Positions 27,149 through 34,858 of a stretch of 64,000 bases of DNA are shown piece after piece. Location of the stretch: sequence record NC_061449.1. One strand, 5' to 3'. Position numbers and translations under genes: made by a program. The notes below the pieces were generated by a model. The model saw only the letters and a list, made by a program, of their open reading frames with translations, ran no database searches and was not told the DNA's origin. Each line of letters begins with the position of its first letter. Position 1 is the stretch's first letter.

Positions 27149-27409
27149 ATGGTATACGAACGCGAAGAACTCGAAGACATGCCTCTTAGTACGCTTTATC
27201 ATCTGGCGTGTGCCAAAGGTCTGTTAGATGACCTCGACGATGAAGACGACGTACCAGAACGTGAGGTGCTGGTGGGAATGATTCTCGACGCGCAGAGTGA
27301 AGATGAACAGGCAGAGCAAGACGCTGCCGATAAACAACGCGCCGAAGATGATCGCGACCCGCGTATCAATCGTCGTGAAGATCAAGACGGCTCGGACGAC
27401 TACTGCTAA
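27149..27409 (+). CDS. acidic protein with Rho-N/HeH-like two-helix domain
   Basis: EELEDMPLSTLYHLACAKGL...EREVLVGMIL resembles the E. coli Rho N-terminus; GGAGA RBS. Confidence 0.65.
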   Translation: MVYEREELEDMPLSTLYHLACAKGLLDDLDDEDDVPEREVLVGMILDAQSEDEQAEQDAADKQRAEDDRDPRINRREDQDGSDDYC

Positions 27410-27627
27410 TGACACCTACTGAACTCAATGAGTATCTGCATCTGGTGCTGACGCCTGTTGCTATGGCATGGCGTGAACAGTTCCCCAAGAAAAAGCAGGT
27501 GATGGCCTAGGTCAAAACAGCTTACTCATGTCGTATCAAATTCGTCGAAGACCGTGAAGTTGAAAAAGCGTGGCAAGCATTCTGTCGCACACACGGTCTC
27601 AAGAACGAAGAAACACTCGAAGTCTAA
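27409..27627 (+). pseudogene. 72-codon frame interrupted by a single in-frame TAG (27508-27510)
   Basis: MTPTEL...QVMA*VKTAYSCRIKFVEDREVEKAW...TLEV-TAA, followed by a terminator. Confidence 0.45.
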
Positions 27628-27631
27628 ACTC

Positions 27632-27660
27632 AAGGGCTGCCATTGCTGGTGGCCCTTTTT
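27632..27660 (+). terminator. intrinsic terminator
   Basis: AAGGGCTGCCA-TTGC-TGGTGGCCCTT followed by TTT. Confidence 0.75.
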
Positions 27661-27665
27661 CATTT

Positions 27666-27674
27666 CTGTAAATA
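27666..27674 (+). promoter_or_regulatory. CTGTAAATA candidate phage-sigma promoter
   Basis: Immediately after a terminator, 33 nt before ATG 27707. Confidence 0.5.
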
Positions 27675-27706
27675 TCACGCACACAAACAACAATGCGAGA
27701 TATACA

Positions 27707-28075
27707 ATGCGCCGCTTCGTTATCGTCTTCAACGTCACTCAGGCAGAGCTTGAGGACCGTCGCTTCTTTCAGTCTAAATTCAACATCGTTTCGTCACTGC
27801 GCCGTGCTCGCTGTGTCTTTCTCGTTGTTCGTGAAACAAAGCAGGTGCTGTGCGTTTCAGAACTGACCTATCAACCAAGTGTAGAGCCAGGCATCCGTCA
27901 GGTAGACTTCGATGCACCGCGTGATGTGACTGCATATGTGTTGCCATTCACCGAACTCACTACAGCTATGGTCAACAACTCACAGGACCCAAGCATTCGC
28001 TACTTCGGTCGCCAGCTTGAGATGGATGCAGACCAACTCAAGCGCTTCCACACTCAACTGGAGATTGTCTCATGA
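27707..28075 (+). CDS. hypothetical protein, 122 aa
   Basis: The track start 27554 would span a terminator, so ATG 27707 is preferred. Confidence 0.7.
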   Translation: MRRFVIVFNVTQAELEDRRFFQSKFNIVSSLRRARCVFLVVRETKQVLCVSELTYQPSVEPGIRQVDFDAPRDVTAYVLPFTELTTAMVNNSQDPSIRYFGRQLEMDADQLKRFHTQLEIVS

Positions 28076-28317
28076 CCAAACCAACACTGGGCGCTTCACT
28101 GGGCGCTCGCTTCGCCGTCACCTCGAAAGAGAACATCGAGGCACGTAAGAAAACGAACCCACGTCGAAGCACGTTAAGCGCAGCAACAACCAGAGAATTG
28201 CACAACGCTGTGAACATGCTGGCGATCAAACTCAAGACCACACGCTCTGGTGCTATTGAACGCGCAGTGGCGGAACTATGCGACAAGCATGGCATTGACT
28301 ACGGGACGCTTGAATGA
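28072..28317 (+). CDS. ribbon-helix-helix (CopG/ParG-like) DNA-binding protein
   Basis: TLSAATTRELHNAVNMLAIKLKTTRSGAIERAV fits the beta-alpha-alpha RHH pattern. Confidence 0.65.
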   Translation: MTKPTLGASLGARFAVTSKENIEARKKTNPRRSTLSAATTRELHNAVNMLAIKLKTTRSGAIERAVAELCDKHGIDYGTLE

Positions 28318-28676
28318 CCGACACGCATATCTACTGCAAGCTGTATGGTGTGCGGCATCGCTTAAAGATCACCGCGTACAACTTCATGAAGCAGCCTAAC
28401 ATGATCACTGTCGATTCGTCTGACGTGCTCAAGATGATGCCTCTGATTGATGTTGGTGCTGCATACGACACTTACACGCCGTACAACGTGCTCAAAGCAG
28501 GACGCGCTGACTTCAAGATCCGCCTGATAGAAAAGACAGACGCGAACGTTTGGCGTTATGTGTTTGAGGATTATCGTGGGCAGATGTTCGAAACGTATTT
28601 AGTTCGGAGACACTATGAAACGCCTCGGGATTGTAACGGTGTTGTCATTAAAGGACAAACAACCCAAATCATGTGA
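28314..28676 (+). CDS. hypothetical protein, 120 aa
   Basis: ATGA coupling. Confidence 0.7.
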   Translation: MTDTHIYCKLYGVRHRLKITAYNFMKQPNMITVDSSDVLKMMPLIDVGAAYDTYTPYNVLKAGRADFKIRLIEKTDANVWRYVFEDYRGQMFETYLVRRHYETPRDCNGVVIKGQTTQIM

Positions 28677-29250
28677 TTTAGATATCACGCCTGTATCGAA
28701 AGACGAAGAATGGGGCTCGCTGAGTCCCTTTCACTTAGGTCCGTGTCGTACACCAGACGGCACGATGTTTCTCAACATGGAGAATCTGTGGCAGTACAGC
28801 AAGGTCTACGAAGAACACCTCATTAACTCGAATGACCTGTTCCATGGTGAGATCTCCTCAGATTGGTGGGCGTGGCATTTAAAAGGCAGCACAACAAAAC
28901 AGGCGCATCGCTATCCTATGGGAAAAGGCCAAAAGGCTTTGTTCTCCAGATGGGGCGACTTGCGCCTTTCGTACATTCCCGCACGAAAACAAATCTATGT
29001 GCCGGAGTACACAAAGCTGGTGGTGCAGCAACCGAAGTTCAAGCGCCTGTTGAAAGAATATAAGAAAGGTGCTCACATAGTTTTACGCGACTATGACACC
29101 TACGATATTCAGAAAGCCTATCCTGAATCGCGTAGTCCTTGGCTTTCCGCCATTCAAAACGACAATGCAAAATTCGGACACGCGTTCGTTATCGCATTGG
29201 CCCTGTTATTCCACGAACGACCACTCTGGTATAATCAATGGACAATCTAA
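28615..29250 (+). CDS. NADAR-like/DUF6939-like protein, 211 aa
   Basis: LSPF...FLNMENLWQYSKVY resembles the NADAR LSNF...E..(F/Y)Q..K motif; GGAGA RBS. Confidence 0.45.
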   Translation: MKRLGIVTVLSLKDKQPKSCDLDITPVSKDEEWGSLSPFHLGPCRTPDGTMFLNMENLWQYSKVYEEHLINSNDLFHGEISSDWWAWHLKGSTTKQAHRYPMGKGQKALFSRWGDLRLSYIPARKQIYVPEYTKLVVQQPKFKRLLKEYKKGAHIVLRDYDTYDIQKAYPESRSPWLSAIQNDNAKFGHAFVIALALLFHERPLWYNQWTI

Positions 29251-29555
29251 AGTATCTGGCCTGTATCGAACTGAGCACAAGGGAAGGTAATCTGAATCTG
29301 CCTATCTTGCCTAAATGTGATATGCAGGCGTTTCTGCTTGATAGCCGTACTAAAACGAAAGTGCCTATCAAGCTCAATGCCACAAATGTGGTCAAAGTCT
29401 GCAACAAGACGTGCGGTAGCCTACAGTGGTTCGACTGCGTTAATCTGCTTATTTGGTCTTCTTTCGAGCCTGAAAGATTTACGATGTATATTGAGCGCGT
29501 ACTCAAAACAGACGAGACTACAGAAGCCCTGCAATCTGCTGAACTCTGCAAATAA
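29238..29555 (+). CDS. hypothetical protein, 105 aa
   Basis: ORF ends inside promoter P2. Confidence 0.6.
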   Translation: MDNLKYLACIELSTREGNLNLPILPKCDMQAFLLDSRTKTKVPIKLNATNVVKVCNKTCGSLQWFDCVNLLIWSSFEPERFTMYIERVLKTDETTEALQSAELCK

Positions 29556-29601
29556 CTGGCTAAAATAGCCGTTTCATTCAGAGACTGACCTATGTTATAA
29601 T
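29550..29601 (+). promoter_or_regulatory. early-type promoter P2
   Basis: AAATAACTGGCTAAAATAG...TG-T-TATAAT. Confidence 0.75.
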
Positions 29602-29647
29602 AAACGTGAGCGCAGTGCTCATTACAACACAAGCTGAGGAGCTTATT

Positions 29648-30094
29648 ATGACTATTTCAATCGCTGATCTGAAAACGCCTGCTGACTTTACTGCTAAACT
29701 GACTTTCGGTCACATGGAAGAATTGAGGGCGAATCTCGAACGCGCCTTGAATCGTCCTGACCTTGAAGTGTATGTTGAGTGTGACTCAAACTATACCATC
29801 GAAGAAGCGAACACTGACGGTCCTGACCAACTGGTTGCTGGTCATGATTACATAAACGTTCACGTTCGCTATTCAGGTATGTCATTCGACGAGACTACTG
29901 AGAAAGGTGTGTGGGATATTCTGCTGCATACACCACATGAAGATAACGATGTGGGTGAATGGTCGAACTCGTACACAATGCTTATCATGGACGATAACAT
30001 GGACCTTCTCGAAGAAGTGAACGTAGAAAATGGCAACCCGCGCATGTACGAAACTTTCGTAGATCGTCTGAACTACTGGTTACCTAAACTGTAA
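29648..30094 (+). CDS. acidic hypothetical protein, 148 aa
   Basis: RBS AAGCT-GAGG-AGCTT at 29631-29644. Confidence 0.8.
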   Translation: MTISIADLKTPADFTAKLTFGHMEELRANLERALNRPDLEVYVECDSNYTIEEANTDGPDQLVAGHDYINVHVRYSGMSFDETTEKGVWDILLHTPHEDNDVGEWSNSYTMLIMDDNMDLLEEVNVENGNPRMYETFVDRLNYWLPKL

Positions 30095-30162
30095 GTGATT
30101 TGTGTAGAGCATTCGCTGAGTGCTCTATGAAAATCCAAACAACCTAAGCTGAGGAGCTTAAC

Positions 30163-30480
30163 ATGTCATCATCTACTACTCTGACTTTCATCTTCCCAGA
30201 AATGACTACTCTGGAAGTTTCTATCGGTAACGGCATTGTTCCTGCGTATCTGGGTCTCGCCGAAAACAGAGACATAACATTCAGCGATGTTAAAGCGCTG
30301 CGTCTTATGGGTGACTCTAACATCGTGGGTGCAATGAGCCGCTTTGATCAGTCACTGCTTAACATGCTGATCGCTCGCCACGAAACGCATGAGCATATTC
30401 GTTGTCGTGACGCGATTGAAAATGGCACTGAGCATTTCCCATCTACTTGTCTGTACCTGAAAGTAGCGCACCACCGCTAA
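30163..30480 (+). CDS. hypothetical protein, 105 aa
   Basis: Repeated RBS element. Confidence 0.8.
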   Translation: MSSSTTLTFIFPEMTTLEVSIGNGIVPAYLGLAENRDITFSDVKALRLMGDSNIVGAMSRFDQSLLNMLIARHETHEHIRCRDAIENGTEHFPSTCLYLKVAHHR

Positions 30481-30543
30481 GATTTGTGAAGGGCATTCGC
30501 TGAGTGCCCTTTGAAAATCAAACCATAAGCTGAGGAGCTTAAC

Positions 30544-30897
30544 ATGCCAGCAACTGAACTGCCTATCGACGCCCGCGCTTTTGACGACCTGAGCAACAAC
30601 GCTTTCTTGCAAGTATGCAACGCGATCTCTTTCTGTGTATCGCGTGGTGATCTTGAGTTTCGTCATCACATTAAAGGCCGTCACATCGACGTTGCTTATC
30701 GTGCTGGTGGCAACAACACATTCGGTATTAGCACTGTGCGTATACTGATGCCGTCCGAAGTTCTGCGTGAAGATATCGTAGAAGACTTCGAAATCATACA
30801 CGGCGATGCAGTGATTCAGATTGAACGCCAGAAAGATTCGTTCTCAACGTTACAGCGTATCGCTGGTGCAGTCGAAGCGTGTATGCCTAAACGGTGA
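30544..30897 (+). CDS. hypothetical protein, 117 aa
   Basis: Repeated RBS element. Confidence 0.8.
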   Translation: MPATELPIDARAFDDLSNNAFLQVCNAISFCVSRGDLEFRHHIKGRHIDVAYRAGGNNTFGISTVRILMPSEVLREDIVEDFEIIHGDAVIQIERQKDSFSTLQRIAGAVEACMPKR

Positions 30898-30961
30898 TTG
30901 TTGCTCGCAGGTTCTTACGAGAGCCTGCTGTCAACATAACCCATAAGCTGAGGAGCTTAAC

Positions 30962-31366
30962 ATGAAACAATATCCACAACGCGGCCGAGTGTACACGCTG
31001 AAAGAAATCGAGAATGAACTCGAACTGCGTGACAGCCCGTTCTTAGGCTTCACCCCGCAGAAAGTTCGTTACGTTGCACTCTCCGCGACCGAGCAAGTGA
31101 TTCAGCAGTCGCATATTGCTAACCTCTCAGATCTTGAGGGTTGGGCCGATACTGAGTGGACGTATCTGTATGAGACAGACGAGTGGATTCCAATCTTCCG
31201 TGCTGTCGATAACGCAGCAATCGAAGCGCTGTGTGTCATTGAACCTGACACGTATGAACATCGTTCTGATACAACAATGTTCGTCTACCCTAAAGGCACT
31301 GAGTGCAAACAGTACGTGCCTTTCGATGAAGCAGTTCACGGCGATCTGCTTGAACGCGACAAATAA
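30962..31366 (+). CDS. hypothetical protein, 134 aa
   Basis: Repeated RBS element. Confidence 0.8.
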   Translation: MKQYPQRGRVYTLKEIENELELRDSPFLGFTPQKVRYVALSATEQVIQQSHIANLSDLEGWADTEWTYLYETDEWIPIFRAVDNAAIEALCVIEPDTYEHRSDTTMFVYPKGTECKQYVPFDEAVHGDLLERDK

Positions 31367-31421
31367 CAACAAGGGATGCTCACATAGGTGGGTGTCCCAT
31401 TCTACATTTAAGGGGAAAATC

Positions 31422-31961
31422 ATGTTAGACCAAATCACTCATATCATCCAAGCGATGATGACCAATCTGAAAGACGTTCGTGCTGTTGAAGAAGTTCGAA
31501 TCATCGGTAGCATGGCTGTGCGCTTCCGTGCAAAAGGCAAAACGTTTGACGTGCGTGGCCATTATCCGCTTTTCTGCGTTAATGAAATCGAAGGTTCCTG
31601 CATGACTGGTTCGAAAGCAGCCTATGAGATTGAGCGTCAGATGAATGGCGGACCTATTGACTCGCATGACGAAGAAGACTTCGCGCATGACTCACACGAA
31701 GAAGCAGTCAACGACCTGCTGTGTGCGCATGTCGATAGCATGAGCGAGGAGCATGTTCGTGCGTACAACGAAGAATGCGGTGGTCCTGACTTAGACCCTA
31801 TCAATGCGCAACGTGTCTGGTTGAAAACACACTTGATACACCGCAGCGCAGAACTATCCCGCATGTTTGAAGAAGTGTTGTTCATGGAAGGTAAAGAGCG
31901 TTACGAAGAACTGCGTAAAGCAATCAAAGCTGTTTACGACAATAAACCGAAAGTAGCCTAA
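31422..31961 (+). CDS. hypothetical protein, 179 aa
   Basis: AAGGGGA RBS before ATG 31422. Confidence 0.75.
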   Translation: MLDQITHIIQAMMTNLKDVRAVEEVRIIGSMAVRFRAKGKTFDVRGHYPLFCVNEIEGSCMTGSKAAYEIERQMNGGPIDSHDEEDFAHDSHEEAVNDLLCAHVDSMSEEHVRAYNEECGGPDLDPINAQRVWLKTHLIHRSAELSRMFEEVLFMEGKERYEELRKAIKAVYDNKPKVA

Positions 31962-31973
31962 GAGGAAATAGTA

Positions 31974-32414
31974 ATGAGCGAAATAGATATTCTGATCCGT
32001 GAGTTCGAACGGGCGTATCTCAAGTCACTTGCGTCTGCCTGGGGTAACGTTGCGTACCATGTCCAAGATCATCACCCTGAGTTGAAAAACATTCGCATGT
32101 ACTTGCGTTTTCGCACCCAGTATCAATGTCTCTGGAATCGACCTGTTCTTGTTCTCGCAACAATTGATGTTACTAATCCTGGCCAAGGCGAGTTCTCGAA
32201 GTTACTCGCTCGTACTAAAGAAATGTGTCGGCAGCGTGACTGGATTCTCCAAATTGAAAACGTGCTGACACCTAAGTTCAGAAAGTTTCTACAGCGTGGT
32301 GGATTCAAACCATTTGGTATTGATGCCGAAGTGCCGTACGGAAGTCTCTATTGGTTCCACGACGAAACAATCCCAACGCAGTGTGCCATGTACAGACAGG
32401 AGCGTTCGCTATGA
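31974..32414 (+). CDS. putative GNAT-fold protein, 146 aa
   Basis: IDVTNPGQGEFSKLL (acetyl-CoA loop-like)...FLQRGGF; GAGGA RBS. Confidence 0.45.
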   Translation: MSEIDILIREFERAYLKSLASAWGNVAYHVQDHHPELKNIRMYLRFRTQYQCLWNRPVLVLATIDVTNPGQGEFSKLLARTKEMCRQRDWILQIENVLTPKFRKFLQRGGFKPFGIDAEVPYGSLYWFHDETIPTQCAMYRQERSL

Positions 32415-32854
32415 CAATCTACTGGCCGACAATACTGATCTGTCTGACGCCGTTGCTTGCGTGTTATGCGACAATCCCGTGGTTCCGAGCGGCGGTAGAC
32501 AGACGCCTGATGTTCAAGCCGTTTGACTATGACGCACTGACCGACATATACGCTAATGGTATGCCGGAGCGTATGCGCATCGAATGTCTACACGCAAAGT
32601 ACACTGCGTTTCAGGAGAATCATTCGCATGTGGATATCTTCCCCCACAAAGAAAACGTAGCAACGCTTCGCTTTCGTGTCGATGAAGAATTTCCTATTGC
32701 TCGTATCTTTCATGATGTGCTGGTTGGTAACTACAACGCGTTCGGGCTCAAAACAAAGAAAGCGCCTACGATAAGTATCAACCAGTCAGTGTATCGTGTG
32801 CTTGATTTTGAATACGACGATCAGTACCTGTTCATTTATGTGAAACATCACTGA
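32411..32854 (+). CDS. hypothetical protein with N-terminal hydrophobic segment
   Basis: MTIYWPTILICLTPLLACYATIPW; AGGAG RBS. Confidence 0.7.
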   Translation: MTIYWPTILICLTPLLACYATIPWFRAAVDRRLMFKPFDYDALTDIYANGMPERMRIECLHAKYTAFQENHSHVDIFPHKENVATLRFRVDEEFPIARIFHDVLVGNYNAFGLKTKKAPTISINQSVYRVLDFEYDDQYLFIYVKHH

Positions 32855-32863
32855 GGCAACATC

Positions 32864-33163
32864 ATGGTCACCCAACAACAACTCAAAGAGTTTTCTGCAT
32901 TGCCCTCTTTAGACAGGAAAGTGTTTCTGCGTAGTATGCAAGTAGAGATGTTGGGTGCCCTCCCCGAAGTCGAGGCGATTGTGCGCGAGATGTTGTATCG
33001 CGCTATCGTGGTAGACGTAGCACAGGCGGAGATGGCACTCCTTGCAGCACGTCAAATGTGTGAGAACAGGGACGTAAAGAAAGCCATTGACGATTTACTT
33101 ACGTTTGCGGCCAAGATACATGACGCCGCAACTGATATCCTTTTTCTTGGAGATATAGCATGA
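32864..33163 (+). CDS. hypothetical helical protein, 99 aa
   Basis: GAGG RBS. Confidence 0.75.
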   Translation: MVTQQQLKEFSALPSLDRKVFLRSMQVEMLGALPEVEAIVREMLYRAIVVDVAQAEMALLAARQMCENRDVKKAIDDLLTFAAKIHDAATDILFLGDIA

Positions 33164-34212
33164 ACACAATTTCTGGATCAGTGATTGACGAAGATGTTCT
33201 GGATTGGCTTGATAACTTTAGTTCGCATGACCAGCGTAAAATCGCTGATGCGATCAACGCGATTGCGTATGCCCATCGCGCAGAGCTATCTATTCCGAAC
33301 ATGCTGCATGATGAAGACATTGCTGCACTGTCTCATTCTGACCTGTTCACTATTCTTTCGCTTGCTGCACCTAATGCGCAGTATGACTTAACGTTGTCCA
33401 ACGTTCAACTGCTCGGCCTTGCGATGAACGCAATGGGTATCATCAATTACAACATGCCTGAACTGAATAGCCCGATTATGATCGCTCGCAAGTTCGCAGA
33501 CGAGCGACGTAAAAACATACTTGGTGGTGATAGCAGTCGCGGTGATGTGATCAAAGCACTCAATCAGTGGGTTTGCGGTCTGCGCGATATTGATTTGTCC
33601 CATGCAGGTTCCGATGTAGCGCCTGACATTGCAGGTATGTACCTGTGCCTCGACGAGCATGAACAGATTCGTTACGGCCGTCTGTTCCGTAACAGCAGTG
33701 ATGGTTGGACCTTCTGTGAATCAAACGAAGACGGTGGATCTACTAACTGGTATGATCGCAGCACCGAGCACGTCAAAGAAGATGATCTGCCTATGACGTT
33801 GCTTAGTAACTGGGTGCTGGTGGCTGAGTGGTATAGCCCGAATGTTAAAGCTGCCCAGAAAGCAATTCCGCTAGGTTGTGTGAGCGACACGCATCGCATC
33901 TTTATGTTCCTGCGAAGTCTTAGCCCTCACGTAAAAGCGGAGCTGGTGGCACACTTCGATGGTGTGCTTGATTACAAAGCACCGACCTGTGTTGATACTA
34001 TCGGTCGCTTGACTGAGCATGACTGGCGTATGGCTGCTATCGCTGTTGCAGACGACGCAGAGATTCCTGCAGGTGAAACGAGCTGGTCTAATGTACCTGC
34101 GTGGTTGTGCTTCGTTGCCGTTGCTAAATCACTTGGTTTCAACTTCGAAACGCGCCAGTTCGACCCGCAGTTCGAGTATCAAGCTAACGACGATCATTTA
34201 GAAGGAGAGTAA
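33160..34212 (+). CDS. hypothetical protein, 350 aa
   Basis: Long ORF with GGAG RBS. Confidence 0.8.
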   Translation: MNTISGSVIDEDVLDWLDNFSSHDQRKIADAINAIAYAHRAELSIPNMLHDEDIAALSHSDLFTILSLAAPNAQYDLTLSNVQLLGLAMNAMGIINYNMPELNSPIMIARKFADERRKNILGGDSSRGDVIKALNQWVCGLRDIDLSHAGSDVAPDIAGMYLCLDEHEQIRYGRLFRNSSDGWTFCESNEDGGSTNWYDRSTEHVKEDDLPMTLLSNWVLVAEWYSPNVKAAQKAIPLGCVSDTHRIFMFLRSLSPHVKAELVAHFDGVLDYKAPTCVDTIGRLTEHDWRMAAIAVADDAEIPAGETSWSNVPAWLCFVAVAKSLGFNFETRQFDPQFEYQANDDHLEGE

Positions 34213-34213
34213 C

Positions 34214-34756
34214 ATGGCAAAGTCACTGGGCGTATACATGACGTATATTCTGCGTCATAAACCTCAGGACATTGGCATCGCAATGGACACCCAAGGCTGG
34301 GTGTCTGTTCTGGATTTCTTGCAGAAAGCGAAGTACAAAAAGCAAGTGACCAGAGAGATGCTGATCGAAGAAGTAGAAGCGGACGATAAAGGTCGTTTTG
34401 AGTTTAACTCGAACAAGTCCAAGATTCGTTGTGTTCAAGGTCATTCTGTCGAACACGTCATTCTCAATCTTGCACCGTGGACTGATTGTTCGTCTTTGTA
34501 TCACGGCACCGCTGAAAAGAATATTGCTTCAATCATGCACGAAGGAATCCTGAAACGCAAACGCAAGCACGTCCATATCAGCAACGATATTGAAACAGCG
34601 AAACGCGTTGGTCAACGTCACGGTGTGCCTGTTGTATTTGAGATCGACACCCAGGCAATGATTACTCACGGGTACAAGTTCTACCGAGCAGAGAACGGGG
34701 TCATCTTAACTGACCACGTACCTTCTCGCTATATTCGACTTCTGGACTCTAACTGA
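34214..34756 (+). CDS. kptA: RNA 2'-phosphotransferase (KptA/Tpt1)
   Basis: ILRH.P..IGI.MD.QGWV, DDKGRF, IRCVQGHS, LYHGT, RKHVHIS, GQRHG, NGVILTD.VP. Confidence 0.92.
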   Translation: MAKSLGVYMTYILRHKPQDIGIAMDTQGWVSVLDFLQKAKYKKQVTREMLIEEVEADDKGRFEFNSNKSKIRCVQGHSVEHVILNLAPWTDCSSLYHGTAEKNIASIMHEGILKRKRKHVHISNDIETAKRVGQRHGVPVVFEIDTQAMITHGYKFYRAENGVILTDHVPSRYIRLLDSN

Positions 34757-34763
34757 GCATATT

Positions 34764-34809
34764 TCTGGACGAAACAGCCATTCAAGACTGGCTCGATTTA
34801 TGCTATAAT
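34764..34809 (+). promoter_or_regulatory. early-type promoter P3
   Basis: CTGGACGAAACAG...TG-C-TATAAT. Confidence 0.65.
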
Positions 34810-34858
34810 AGAGATGAACGCTAGACACTCGTTTAGCTACTTACATGAGGATATGTAT

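Larger units (their letters stand above)
30098..30964 (+). repeat. three repeated intergenic units (hairpin + AAGCTGAGGAGCTTAACATG)
   Basis: Hairpins at 30105-30127, 30489-30511 and 30907-30928; RBS elements at 30146, 30527 and 30945. Confidence 0.9.

Noticed and set aside
30098-30964. Regularly spaced repeats as a CRISPR array
   Set aside because: The spacers are 320-400-nt ORFs, the repeats contain RBS+ATG, and no cas operon is present.
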